Below, piece by piece: positions 22,373 to 34,695 of a stretch of DNA of 64,000 bases. The notes beneath the pieces were generated by a model that was not told where the DNA came from, did no database searches, and was given only the letters and a program-made list of their open reading frames with translations. Within the stretch, counting starts at the first letter, position 1. Each line of letters begins with the position of its first letter. Where the stretch lies: NCBI GenBank assembly GCA_027923505.1, contig BROI01000003.1, positions 1,116,001-1,180,000 of the forward strand. The letters run 5' to 3'. The position numbers and the translations under genes were made by a program. The DNA is from Mayamaea pseudoterrestris. Lineage: Eukaryota.

Positions 22373-25300
22373 ATCTTAGCAGCCGGGTAGTTCGTAATGG
22401 TGGATGCAAGTGTGAGTGACAAACGCAGCCTGTTGCGCCTACCAGTAGTGCTCACTACGATTCAATTCTAATTCCATATTGTTGCATCATCAAATAGCTG
22501 TTTTCGCTACTTGGCGTCGCAAGTGGTTGTAGAGTAAAGCGAAATTTTGGCATGTCACATCGTCCTGAGCGTGCGAGGCGACAAGCAACCGAGGACCATG
22601 AGATGGTGGCATTGCCAGCAAGCGACAAGCGTCAACTCCAACTAGCGGCGAGAAATGATGCGCGAAACGCTTGTTCATTTTAATTGGATGGTTTGTGAAG
22701 AGACTACAGATTGTTTTTCGCGAAAATGTTGAACCCCTCTCGCTGCGCGAAAAGGACTGCAAATTTGCCAAGCAATCTCAAGCATACGTCGACCCGGCAT
22801 CAACTCCAACCTAATTGCAGTCAATTCAATTAGGTAGGGCAGTTTCATAAAGTGCTGGACACCAATTCCTTTCCCTAAACGTCGGATCCATGTCGGAATT
22901 TGGGCGCATGTTATCAGCCAGTACTGGGGATCCGACCGAGTGGTCTAGTCGTTCAAGTGTCGGTCAGCCCACCGCACTGTTTTATCGTTGGCCGTCTAAA
23001 AGACGCCGTCGTAGCGGTTACATTGTATATCGGCTGCATTATACAGCATCGCCGAAATTCCAGACTCCCAGACAATCAATCCCTATAATCAAAGACATGA
23101 TGACGGTTGGCGTGTCCATTAAACAGTTGGCGAGTCCACATTATCGCAATGCAGAAGTCACATTCAAGCTTAAAATTCATGCAGCCCTCATGCTGCACGG
23201 TTGCTTGAGTGTATCATGTGCCGCTCGATAGCCTGTTTGGCATTTGGTGCGCGCTGGCAACGACGCCGACGCAACAAGTTTCGTTGAAATGTTAAAACCA
23301 GAGAGAGAACTCTTACCCACCACCGACAACATGCTATTTCTGTGATCTTATAAAGCCATTCGAGTATGTATCACCCATCACCACGTTCCGAAGGCGAAAG
23401 CAATCGCCATACGTTCGCATGGAGATGGCAACATTTATTTTCCATATTTGAAGGCGGCGGCAAAAAGGCATTTCATACGAGTGGATGAGCACGGCATCGC
23501 AGATATCATTTGACTGTGTGGAAAGTGCCAAAATGCCGCATCAATTTCAATGTCGAGCCGCATCATGACGATGGGGCACACCGAAAACTAGCAGACTTGC
23601 TCTAGTAACAGCGCGCAAGGACAAGACCTTTGGCTGGCTCGTCGCATTCCGATCATCGAAAGGATTCGTGGCCATCCACTTCCCAAACCAACTGATTTGC
23701 GCAAAGCGCCGTCCTCGGAATGCTGATTGTTGAATTATTGACTGTCGCTGCAAAATAGTGTTCATGAATACAACTGCGGTGAGCAAGGCATGCATTATCT
23801 TTGCCGCCACTCGAATGACATTAGCACAGCAGGTTCGTTTCGTTTGATCCCTTTATCCAGACACGCAATTTGGCGTTGCCGATAGGCATGGCCCAACACT
23901 TTGGAATGATTCGCTAGCCTGGTGTATATCAATGTAGCGGCAGACCCACCGAGGACTCCAATCGCCAAATGCTGCGGATTTAACGCGGCCGTCAGGCCTC
24001 ATCAAAGCCAGAAAATGTCAGCAGCCCCGAGCTTGCACTAATCAATCGCAACAACCGCTACACAGTCGCTATTTTACTAACATTGCTTTCGAAAACTTTG
24101 CCAGAGTGACAGAACTTTGGGAAAGGGAAGCGAGTGATTTAGCGATGCCCGATGCGATATCAAGTGTCCCATTCTCAAGGCGGACCATGCGATCGGCAGC
24201 TGGCGCAAGGATTGATTGTTCGAACTCGTTCGTAAGTGGACGCTTCTGAATATCACCCAAAGGTGCATTTCGTCACGTTTCAATATACTCAGCTTCGACT
24301 GCAGCACGATATGAATGCCTTCGCCCTTTGTCCGACACAAGTTATTTGAGCAACACTCTAACCATCGATGACACTCATCTTTATTGTGCTGAGCGGATGT
24401 GCGTCAATCGTAGCAGTTTATCACTAGATGTCACTCGTGAGCCAGAACCATGCGGCAAACATAACTTGTATATTCGATGCATATTCAGCTGATGCTCGTG
24501 GTGCAGTGATCCTGTTGTTGACGCGAGCCATAGTTATTTCGATTCAGTCGTCCAGATGAGTGGTGCTGGTATTGATGAGTGTTATCGCTGATGAGTGTTA
24601 TCGCATACGAGCAATTAATAAGTTGTTGCAAAGTTGCACACAGAAATGTCATTCCGATCCGGTTGTAATGCAAAAAAAGTATCTGCCCTTCAAGCGCGGA
24701 TTGACTCAAGCAGAGGCTGCACGAGAGCTATTCATTCAGTCGCTGCGGCCTTGTTAATGCTGCAAACTCAAGGCGGGCTCGGTCGAGCGAAACGTATCAC
24801 ACAATCATATGCCTCGTTTGTTGTCCATTTTCATTCGGTTCGATTGGCAAGTGATCATTAAGGCATCAACATCAACCGCTTCCGCCCATCAATATTAAAT
24901 AAACAATTGGCCGCTCTGTGTCAGTTCGTCCGAGTGATTGTTGATGAATAAATGCTTTGCTTCTTCGACAAGGTAATAACGATCATGGTCTCGGAAACTG
25001 CGATTGTTGAATTGCTGGATGAGGATGCATGGGCTTTCGTTCCTCATTGAAGTGTATATAACGGCAGAGAATTGCTCATTAAAACCATTGATCGAGACGG
25101 TTGCAACTAAAATTTCAATAATGGGTGGCCATCGTTAAGTTGCGAGTGACTCTGGTTTCGATACCTCGACTCAAGAGCTCGAATCAATCGATTGCGCACC
25201 AGTTTACGAGTTAAAAGCAGCTCGATATCATGAACAAAGCCACTAGATGCGCCGCGTGTCAGTGATCACTTGCCGCAGCATGTTGCAAAGCATTCAAATG

Positions 25301-25634
25301 TACATAGACCTTAGATTTCATTCGAAATGGTTTCCGGCGAGCATTCAGTCGTGCAATGGCGATGTCGAAAAGCCGTAAATATACCCCAGAAGCCAACGGA
25401 TTACCATCCAGAACTATCAATCGATCTTTTTAATAAAGTGGACGTAGTTTGGTTCCAGATCGTCAGATGACTCCTCGCGCGATTCCGGCTTAGTTAAATG
25501 TTGTTCAGGGTTTTAATCATTCATGTTGTGAACGACACAGCCGAGCACTCGGCAGCTTCAATTTCCGATTCGTCACTGCTCTTGGTAATCCACTGATTGT
25601 ACAACGTCGAGACTGATAAGCGAAATAGCAAGCG

Positions 25635-27061
25635 TTACTCTGTGGCTGCTGGGTGACCAACTGTAGCTCCGACGACACTCTCATTCAATTGTTCCGTCGC
25701 TCGCATTGCATTTAGCTTTTGCTGGTACTTCTTGTAGGCTTGTCGGTAGCGTCGCGCATATTCCGACAAGACTGCCGGCGGCCGCTCGCGCTTCAAAAAG
25801 TGAAAGAGCATTTGCGTGTAAACGTCCATCTTGCCTGGATAGCAATTGTGCAAGCAGTCTTCGTCGCGGGTGCGATGCAAGTCTGGTCGCAGCATGTTCA
25901 CTTCAAAAGCGGGAAGTATCGTGTAATTGAAAACGCTAGTGCTATTGGATGCAGCTTCGCTCAGCATTTTCAGTACAAGGTTATTTTGCCGCTCAAAGTC
26001 CTGCCAGTGATAGGAAAGGGTTGTTCGATCGTAGTTGCGTAAATCGTTAACAATATCTCGCATTTGTTGTAAATTGTTGACTGGTTCCGTTGCTTCAAGA
26101 CAGTTTGGATGGCCGGGGACGCTGTGTCATAATGAAATGAGAGTGATTGAGAGTGAGAAACAGATGAGTGTGCGCATTTAGCTCGAGAACATTTTGATCG
26201 CTTCACGAACTTCCATTCGACTCAAAATTCATCATCCATTCCTTACCTCGTCCTCCAGAAAAAGTGACAAGTAACATTCATTCTCATACATGCACTTTGC
26301 CATTGTTTAATCGTGTCAATCGTCTTGCTCATGCCGTGCTCCAATTCCTCATCCTCCACGTAGTGCGCTCCCCGATTGAGCACTAGTACCGTTGGAAAAT
26401 CCTGCTGCATCGAGTCTTGCAAATCATCGAGACGAGCATCGTTGCGAAAAACGATTCTGACCGCTCCGCGGCAGGCGCTTTGCACGTGGTTGCGGCGCTG
26501 CGATCGACTCTTGTGCGTATCGGACTGATGAACGCGTTGCTTGAGTGATTGCAGCAAACTGCTGTAGTGCTCCCACGATAGGGAATCGCCAATGATGGAA
26601 ATGGTAGTGTATTTTGCGACTCTACAAAACTCTGTTCTATCAAAGGCGTCAAAGGAGCAGTCGGAGGATGGAATCCAAACGTGCGTTTCGTACGAGTGAT
26701 TGGCAAAATGCTCCTTGGTAGAGTGAGGACAGCGCAAATGCGTCGTTTTGGAAATGTATGGAGGCTCTGGAAGAGTCATCGGAACCCACTTTCCATCCTT
26801 TAATTGTTCAGACGTGCATAATGGCGGTGCAGATGGCAAAGGAGGAGCAGTTACTGCTGTTTCTAAAACAGTTTGCGTGGAATGCTGCATTGGCAATTTG
26901 CCATCATCAAGAGGCTTATGAATCTCTCGCGACTCTTCTACGCTTCGGCTCCAGCTTTCCGTTGCGATTGTCGCTTGCAAGCGAAGTTTATTGACATAAA
27001 TCTGCAAGGAAACCAGACAAAGAAACAAAGCTGCTGTTCCAAAGGTCCGAGGAGACGCCAT
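25635..27061 (-). CDS. TBL/PC-esterase (SGNH) O-acetyltransferase-like protein, paralogue 2; 2 exons
   Basis: Exons 27061-26247 and 26121-25635; intron 26246-26122 rebuilds WRTS|VPGHPNC. Motifs GDSLSWEHY, NRGAHYV, RPDLH, DCLHNC. Confidence 0.88.
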
Positions 27062-27495
27062 GGTTGAAATTGGAGGTGCAGAGATTGTGTCGTCCCGAGC
27101 CGGCCGGCAAATCGGCGACGACGTATCTTTTGATGTCTTTCCAATACCGCATGCTGCCTGAAAAGTCGTTGCTTACGTCACCACAACAAGACGCGCCAGC
27201 CGGCTGTCACGCCTACCAACTGCCCTGTATCTGTGAAACGTGCTCTGGGCATGTCCGCGCGCTGCCACTCGCCAAACAGAGGCATCACTTTTTCATCGTT
27301 GGTATCTCATCCTCCAGCGATCTGAGCGCATCGTTCCGACCCTCTCTTGGTGCAGCAGCAGCAGCAGCAGCTTGATCGTCATCCTTTGCTTGTGCAGTCT
27401 AGCAATAAAATTTCATATCAGCAGCAGCAGTCAAAGGCTGATTCATAATTCATACGAGCGCGCGCAACAAAAATTGCAGCAGCAGCAACGCTAAC

Positions 27496-30400
27496 ATGCC
27501 GGACGAAACAACCACCGACCATGACATGACCCAGCAAATCAAGCCCATTGTTTCCGACATTATGACAGTCTCGTCAAAAGAGACTCTTGATTCGAGAGAC
27601 GAAAAGGATACTGCGCATGACAACGAGACGAAGCAGCATCCATCCGGCGGCACTCTCGCTCCTCATGGCCGCTACCCTCCTCCTTCAAACCCGAACCAGC
27701 AGCAACAACAACAATCACGAGCACCATTCTCCATGCAGAATCGAGGAAACTACGGACCGCCGCCGCCTCTTCCTGCAGCCTACTACGGATACGGACAGCC
27801 GCCTCTTCCACCGCATCATCCTCATCATCCGTCGCAGCAAAAGTTTAACAACAGCAACAACAACATGATGCTTTCGCACCAGCATAATGGATATGGAGGG
27901 CAGCCGCCTCCGCCGCATTTCATGGGAAGACCAAACATGAGTGGACCTCCTCCGATGCAGCATCATGCGCTCAACCATCATCCTGGACAGCAGCAGCATG
28001 GTTTGCCGCCGCCGCAGCACCATCAGGTACAAATGCATCTTCTCCAGCAGCAGCAAGCGCAAGCGCATCATATTGGAGCAAATAACCATTCCATGAACCA
28101 ATTCTTTCAGCATCATCAGCATCACCACCACCATGCTTCCATGGGAGGACCGCCTCTGTACGCTGCACCAGCCAACGGCAGCAGCATGCCCATGGCAGCC
28201 TTTTCCAATCGCAACAATGGACGCGCCGACAGTCCGCCGCAGCACTTGCAGGCGGCATCCTCCATGACGAGCACCAACTCGAGCTTGCTGGGACGCAAGC
28301 GCAGCATGGAAACGTCCTTTTCCAACGCGCACGTTGTGACTGGCTTGTACGTGAACGGCAACATGTTTCGACGCTCCGACGGCAAACTCGAGTCGCATAG
28401 TCACGAGCTAATGCTGAACGACAATGGCAAAATCAAGACGCATCGTCGCAACCATTCGGGTGCAAGTACGGCGAGCAGTTTGAGTGTTGGTGGATATAGT
28501 TTTGAAAGTTACGAGGGGCCGCGAGGTGAGTTTATGAAATCGATTTGATTTGAATTGGTCTGGTTACTGCAATTTAAAAACATATCTCATCGCTGCCCTT
28601 TTTGTTTTGTCAACAGTCGGCGCGATCGAGGATCAGCTCATGACTGATATGCAAAGTAACAGTCCAAAGCGACGCAAGGGTGACCAGCTCCTTGTCGACA
28701 CGTCACGGCCAGACTCATCCTGCTCCATGGGAACGGAGAAGGGTTTCGAGCAAATGTCGATTGAGCATGCCGAAGAAGACGCAAGAAGCAAGCAGCAGCC
28801 GCACTCGACGAGCAGCGCTTCGTCCGCCGGCCATGGTAATTTGTTTCTATCGCTGTCAACCTCGCCAATCAACCAGGACATTGACCAAACTCCAGTCAAA
28901 AAGAATACCAACCGAAACGACTCGGACATGGAAGAAGAAAAGGAGACTCCAGAGCAGGAGAAAAATGTTCCGTCATCAATTTTTAAATTCAAAGGTAGCA
29001 TGATTGACAAGCCAAAGATTGATACTGCTTTATCGGATGTTTCGCGTCCGTCGGATACGCCAACTCCGCCAGCCTCGCAAAACGAACTCACTCGAACTGC
29101 ATCCATGGCGGAGGAACATTCACTTTTGAATCGGCACTTGCGAAACCAATCATTTACGCCATTGCCGCACTTGAATACAACTGGTAGCTCTGGAGCGTCA
29201 CCATCGAATGCAGCTTTCGCTTCCGCGATGGCGGCGCCACAGCTTTCGTGGAGCATAGCCGGAGATACGCCGTCGCTGGGCGATTTAGCCGACTGGGATG
29301 ACGACCATCCGAACCATGGCAAGCTTATCAAGACAGACCAAAAGATTCGACCTGGATCGGCAACTTCTGCATCGTCGGCACGTCACATGGCAATGAGTCC
29401 GCAAGACTTTCAGTTCTGGAAAGAGGAACAGGACATGGCTGATGTGGCCATGAGCGGAACAACCACACCTTTACCCGCCTTTTTTGAACAAGGCACAAAG
29501 GACGGAGCTGAGAATGGTGGCATCCGGTTCGATGCCAAGTCGGCACAAGGTCAAAAGTCGCGAGAGTACGACTATAACGCGCACCCAATGATTATGGGTC
29601 GCAATGGAGGAGGACTTCGCATGGTCAACAACAAGCAGCAGCAACACTTGTCTGGGCCTTCTTCGCAATCGAATCATAACATGCTATGGGGTAAGCACAT
29701 CGAAGATGCTGGAAATAAAACGCCAATTGGTATGCCTCCCACGCCGATGTTTGGAAATAGTGAGTTTCGCGATGATGTGCACTTTGGCCCGCGCAGTCCC
29801 ATGGGAGGAGACCGACGCGAAGGTGGAATGGAGTTTGGAGGCTTTCCTGTATACCCACCGCATCATCTAGCGCAGAGCCACAACGATCGCATCCGCAATC
29901 TTCGTGGCCGAATGCATCCAGCAATGCATATGCCACCCATGCCCCTGCATATTCCTCCGCCAATGTCGTCGCATCTACCAATGACATCGCCAATGGGTCT
30001 TGGTCCAAAGGCAGGACTATGGAGCCCACATCATCACCCGCATCATCCGTTTCACGGAGGGATGCACCCAGGTATGGGCAGTCCGCACCATCACCACCAT
30101 ATGGGTTCACCGCTCAACAGCATGGCACATAGCAAACGAAAGTGCGTTCCATTAAAGCCACCAATCCCCTCCAAATTTCAAGGTGAAATGGAAAGTGCAA
30201 AGTCCGCTCCTGTTCCAGAGTTCACAAGTCTTGTCAATTTCCCTGCGCACATGAGTCAAAAGCAGTCAGTGAACCTACCCGAAGGCATGCGCTGCTGTGT
30301 TATGTGTGGACAGGCATGTCAGTGCACGCTTGGCAATAAAACTAAAAAGTGTCCTCCCAAGAAAGGCAGCGACAGCAGTCTTGCTCCACGAAGTAGCAAC

Positions 30401-30682
30401 GGTCAAGACTGCATGGGAGACAAGGGAGGTGGTTTCGCCATGATCCCCAGCCAAAACAAAGGCTTATGCACGCTTTGTGATGTCAACGTGTGGGTCATCG
30501 TCTCGGCCGGACTTGAGATCAAGTGGTGCAAAGGATGCAAAAACTTTCGACCATGGGCTGCCTTCGGGGAAAAAGGTTTGGCGACAAAGTGCCTACGTTG
30601 TCGCGATCGACAGCGCGAAAAGTACGCATTACAAAAGGAGGAGAAGGAAAAGTCGCGTGCGGTCATCAAAGTAAAGAAGTAA
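27496..30682 (+). CDS. large low-complexity (Q/H/P-rich) putative nuclear regulator with C-terminal Cys zinc-finger domain; 2 exons
   Basis: Intron 28526-28616 (GTGAGT…CAACAG) joins the 350-aa and 710-aa ORFs in frame. C-terminal CCVMC…CTLC…WCKGCKNF…KCLRCRDRQREKY and basic NLS-like segments. Confidence 0.8.
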
Positions 30683-30764
30683 ATAAACAATTGATAAACG
30701 TTTTTTTAACTTATCACTGCATCTATGCCTGGACGAATGTGTTTGTAGTTCAGCGCGATCGACA

Positions 30765-33466
30765 TCATCTGTTCCCACCCTTACGGGGACATGCCTTATC
30801 GTATGCTTCAAAGAAATTGGTCTTGAACAAGGTGACTTCATCATCTGTCTTCAGTTTATTTTTAGACTTTAAAGATGTGATACAGAGAGACTTTACCGGC
30901 TCCCGGAGGCATTTTTTGCCGCCTCGCCCACACGGGCATCCACTTTTCCGAGAGAGCTGTCGATAGCAGGCATTTGCCAGGCGCTTGACCGCGCGGACAC
31001 GTTTTTTGGACGACTTCGGTCGTCGAGACGGGCCATTACTTGGTTGAATGGTCGCAGTTCTGACACTCCCGGCTGGCTGCCTACTCGGCCCACGGCTTAG
31101 AGAGTCAGGCTGTCGACTTGGTAATGCACTGGGGGCTACATTAGGTTTGGCGCTTGAGACAGCGGCGCTAGGCGTAACACTCGGCCAGGCACTGAGAGCA
31201 TTTTCACGTGGCTGGGCGCTTGGTATCTGGCTGGGCGGCCAACTTGGCAAAGCACTCGGAATTATGACCATAGCAACACTGGGAATAGCATTGGGAATCG
31301 CGCTTGGTAAAACGCTTGAGGCCAGGCTGGGTTGCGAGCTTGGCAGGAGACTAGGCGGTGTAGCTGGAGCAGCATTTGGATGGGTACTTGGGAGCAGGCT
31401 TGGCAGCACGCTTGGGGCCAGGCTGGATTGCAAACTTGGCATGGTGCTAGGCGGTGTAGCTGGAGCAGCATTGGGATGGGTACTTGGGAGCTGGCTTGGC
31501 AGCACGCTTGGGGCCAGGCTGGGTTGCAAGCTTGGCGTGGTGCTAGGCGGAGTAGCTGAAGCAGCATTGGGATGGGTACTTGGGAGCAGGCTTGGCAGCG
31601 CGCTTGGGGCTGGGCTGGGATGCAAGCTTGGCATGGTGCTGGGCGGAGTAGCTGGAGCAGCATTGGGATGGGTACTTGGGAGCAGGCTTGGCAGCGCGCT
31701 TGGGGCCAGGCTGGGATGCAAGCTTGGCGTGGCACTTGGCGGTGTGGCTGGAGCTGTGCTGGGTTGAATTATTGGGAGCAAGCTTGGCAGCGCGCTTGGG
31801 GCCAGGCTGGGATGCAAGCTTGGCGTGGCACTTGGCGGTGTGGCTGGAGCTGTGCTGGGTTGGGTACTTGGGCGCAAACTTGGCAGTGCGCTTGGAACCC
31901 CACTTGGTGAAACACTGGGACTTAAACTTGGCCGAGCACTTGGGGCTAGGCTGGGGTGCAAACTTGGCATGAAACTGGGTGGTGTGGCGGGGGCAGCGCT
32001 GGGTTCGGTGCTTGGAAATAAACTTGACAGAGCGCTTGGAACACCACTTGGCAAGAAGCTTGGAGGCACACTTGGCAGGTTGCTCGGGGCCATGCTAGGT
32101 TGCTTACTTGGTAAAGCACTGGGATAGGCGCTTGGAGGCAAACTTGGCGGAGCGCTGGGTGCAATCACTGGCTGTCTTGTCGGGGCCAGACTGTGTCCCA
32201 GGCTTGGTACGGCACTGGGCGTTCGCGTACTGCTTGGCGGAGTAACGGTAGGATTACTTGAAGGTAGCTTGCTAGGGGACGTGCTCGGCATACTGCTAGG
32301 CCTTCGCCTTGGGGTAGCACTCGGAATCCTTGACGGATGCTTTGATGGCATCCGACTTGGAGAAGATGATGGCTGAGCAGATGGCTGGCAATCAAATTCA
32401 ACAATAAAACCTCGTTTGATAGTCGCACAATCCCTGCCAGTCCAAATGCCGTCTGATTTGCGCTGGTCGACGCAATCGTCAACGAGGTTGGTGGGCTTTG
32501 CACCGCCATTCCAATTTTTGTAGACGTACTTTTCACCGTCGACCCATTCAAAATTGTTATTAACTCTCATGTCATTCAAACCAATCCACGAACCGAAACT
32601 ATCTGAAGCAATTTCAGCTTGAAATGCACTTCGCACGGCATTTTGCTCGGCTGCACTTTCCAGCGAGATCAAGTGACCAATTTCGTTGCAGTTAGTCATC
32701 TAGACAAAAGTCGATACCAGAAAGTAAGCAATCCGTTAGTAAATCAACGGCAGCCATGCTTGGTTCGCGCAATTACCGTACCTGTGCGCTTGCAACGACA
32801 GCTTCTGCCCACAAGATTCCATATGTATCGTAATTATAGTACTGGTATATATGTCCATTGACAAGGGCTGTGGCAGTTGGTGCAGGGATTGCACAATCGT
32901 ACTCCACCAAGATACCAACGTACTCTTCATTGCACTTGATATCGTTCCATTTGCCGCTTTTAATAGCTTGAATCTCGACACAGTCTTCAATCGGCGCGTT
33001 CTTTCCGCTTGGTTCACCTTGGCTCCATAGCTGATCCGCGGCGAGGGTGGATAGTGCTTGGCCATTACTCCATTGGTAGCTACCTTCAGTTTTGATGTCA
33101 TTTAAACCAATCCAAGCGTACCTGTCCTTGACAATTCCAGAGCTTACAATTGCGTCAAATTCCTGTTTGGTTGTCAAATCAGCAAGGTGCCCTGATACGC
33201 CACCACACTGCGAGTAATGCGCCAACATGATTAGTACAGTGAAACAACGAGTCGCAACTCGTTTCGTTTCATTCCTTACGTGTACCTACCGCCTTTGAAT
33301 TCGCCGCAAATGCTGCAGCAGCCGGTTGGCCGTCCTCTTGATTATATTTGTCCGTATCAATGAACCTGTAAATATGGCGGGCATAGGTGAATGTGTTCAC
33401 TTGCGTTTGGCAGAAACCGGGCGCGGCGAGCAGCACGATGAGGAAGCTTGCGAGCATTGTCTTCAT
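30765..33466 (-). CDS. secreted protein with two C-type lectin domains, mucin-like PS-repeat stalk and basic Cys-rich C-terminal domain; 3 exons
   Basis: Signal peptide at 33466; introns 33289-33208 and 32781-32700. CTLD motifs WIGLND…WSQGEPS…EDC…WND.KC and WIGLND…WVDG…DDC…W…DC. Confidence 0.85.
31100..32390 (-). repeat. hierarchical coding repeat: 12-bp PSxx units organised into 96-bp (32-aa) higher-order units
   Basis: PSLAPSALPSLLPSTHPNAAPATPPSTMPSLH repeats at 96-bp spacing (e.g. 31381, 31477, 31573). Confidence 0.9.
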
Positions 33467-34045
33467 CAAACTTGACGGCTATTCGATAGTCACTTGCGTT
33501 CGAAGAAGGATTTTGAATGAAGCAAAACACTCTCGCTTGTGATCGACGCGCTGCTCACTGGATAGTTGCAGCTTCACGATATATTTTTGTCAATGTATCA
33601 ATTCCCAATGACGAATAAGTAAGCTTTCAAGAAGCATCTGCAACATACTGGGCATTTACCTGTCATTTTCTGACGATTTCAGACACGGTGACGCTTGCCA
33701 GCACGCGTGAAAGGAAATTGGCTCGGTAGTATGACGCCACTTGATGAGTAGTCCACCTTGTCCAAGACGTTTTCCGCCTCCCGCTTCGACCATAATGTGC
33801 CACGCGATGACTCACTGGAACAATGAATGGCGTTGTAAGCCTTTCTGTGGCGTCAGCAATCATGACGAGTCACACTTACTCCGGGCGGAAGGAGCAAGCA
33901 ACATCCCGGCAATGATCCAAGCGGTGCTCCATGTCACATGATTTAGAAAGGTATAGCAAACTGTACATTATATCCTGCTATTTCAAGTTAACATGTAAGA
34001 GACTGCTTGGATTACTGGTTGTATGTAAATTTCATTGCAGGTGGT

Positions 34046-34582
34046 TGTTAGAACAAGCTTGCACAGCTGTGAGCTTGGTCGGGTTGTCGCAGCGGAATGA
34101 CTATCACTGACGCTACTCAATGAATCCGTTTGCGGGTGCCGTTCGGATCAAAGGAGGACTGGCCTGCTACAATGACTCTACTTGACGGTTGATAGGCTGT
34201 ATTCCTTGCAGACCAACCGTTTCCAGTCAGCTTGTCCGTCTCCGGCCAATTATGCGGCAATTGCAACAGTCTGGTTCGTGGCCGATGGATCGGTAGGGCC
34301 ACTGGGTACTTGCCTGTTGATATCCACGTTCCCGCTTCTTATTCAACTGGGAGTAATCCTAGATATATAGCTGTAGGCTTTATAGGCTTATTGTTTGGTA
34401 TAACAATAGGTCTATGGCATGCTTTTAGTTTAAAGGGTACAAAGAAAGATGAGCGAATCGGTGATCGGGTGCATCGGTCCCGAGGTCCAGCCAGTGGTGC
34501 CCGTTGACTGACGCGGCAAAGCCCTCATAACCGAATCACCAAAGGGTAGCTAAATTAGTGTGCTCCCAGACATGTTCCAACA
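34046..34582 (-). repeat. 3' LTR of Copia-1
   Basis: Matches 42369-42905; adjacent to PPT GGGGAGGG (34583-34590, minus strand). Confidence 0.95.
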
Positions 34583-34695
34583 CCCTCCCCGGCTTTAAGC
34601 ATCATGAAGCCAAGAAAGGGCAGGTCTGGACATAGACTCCGTGCTGACGAACGAGATAACGTTGTGCGACAGGGTCGTCGTGAGCTACGGGAGCC

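Noticed and set aside
22400..25600. 3-kb gene-free stretch with short ORFs
   Set aside because: No motif, consistent frame or terminal repeat recognised; could be decayed coding DNA but cannot be supported.
31048..32127. Plus-strand LG-repeat ORFs
   Set aside because: Antisense shadows of the PSxx repeat in the lectin gene.
34117..34507. Small ORFs duplicated at 42440-42830
   Set aside because: They lie inside the LTRs; the duplication reflects LTR identity, not genes.
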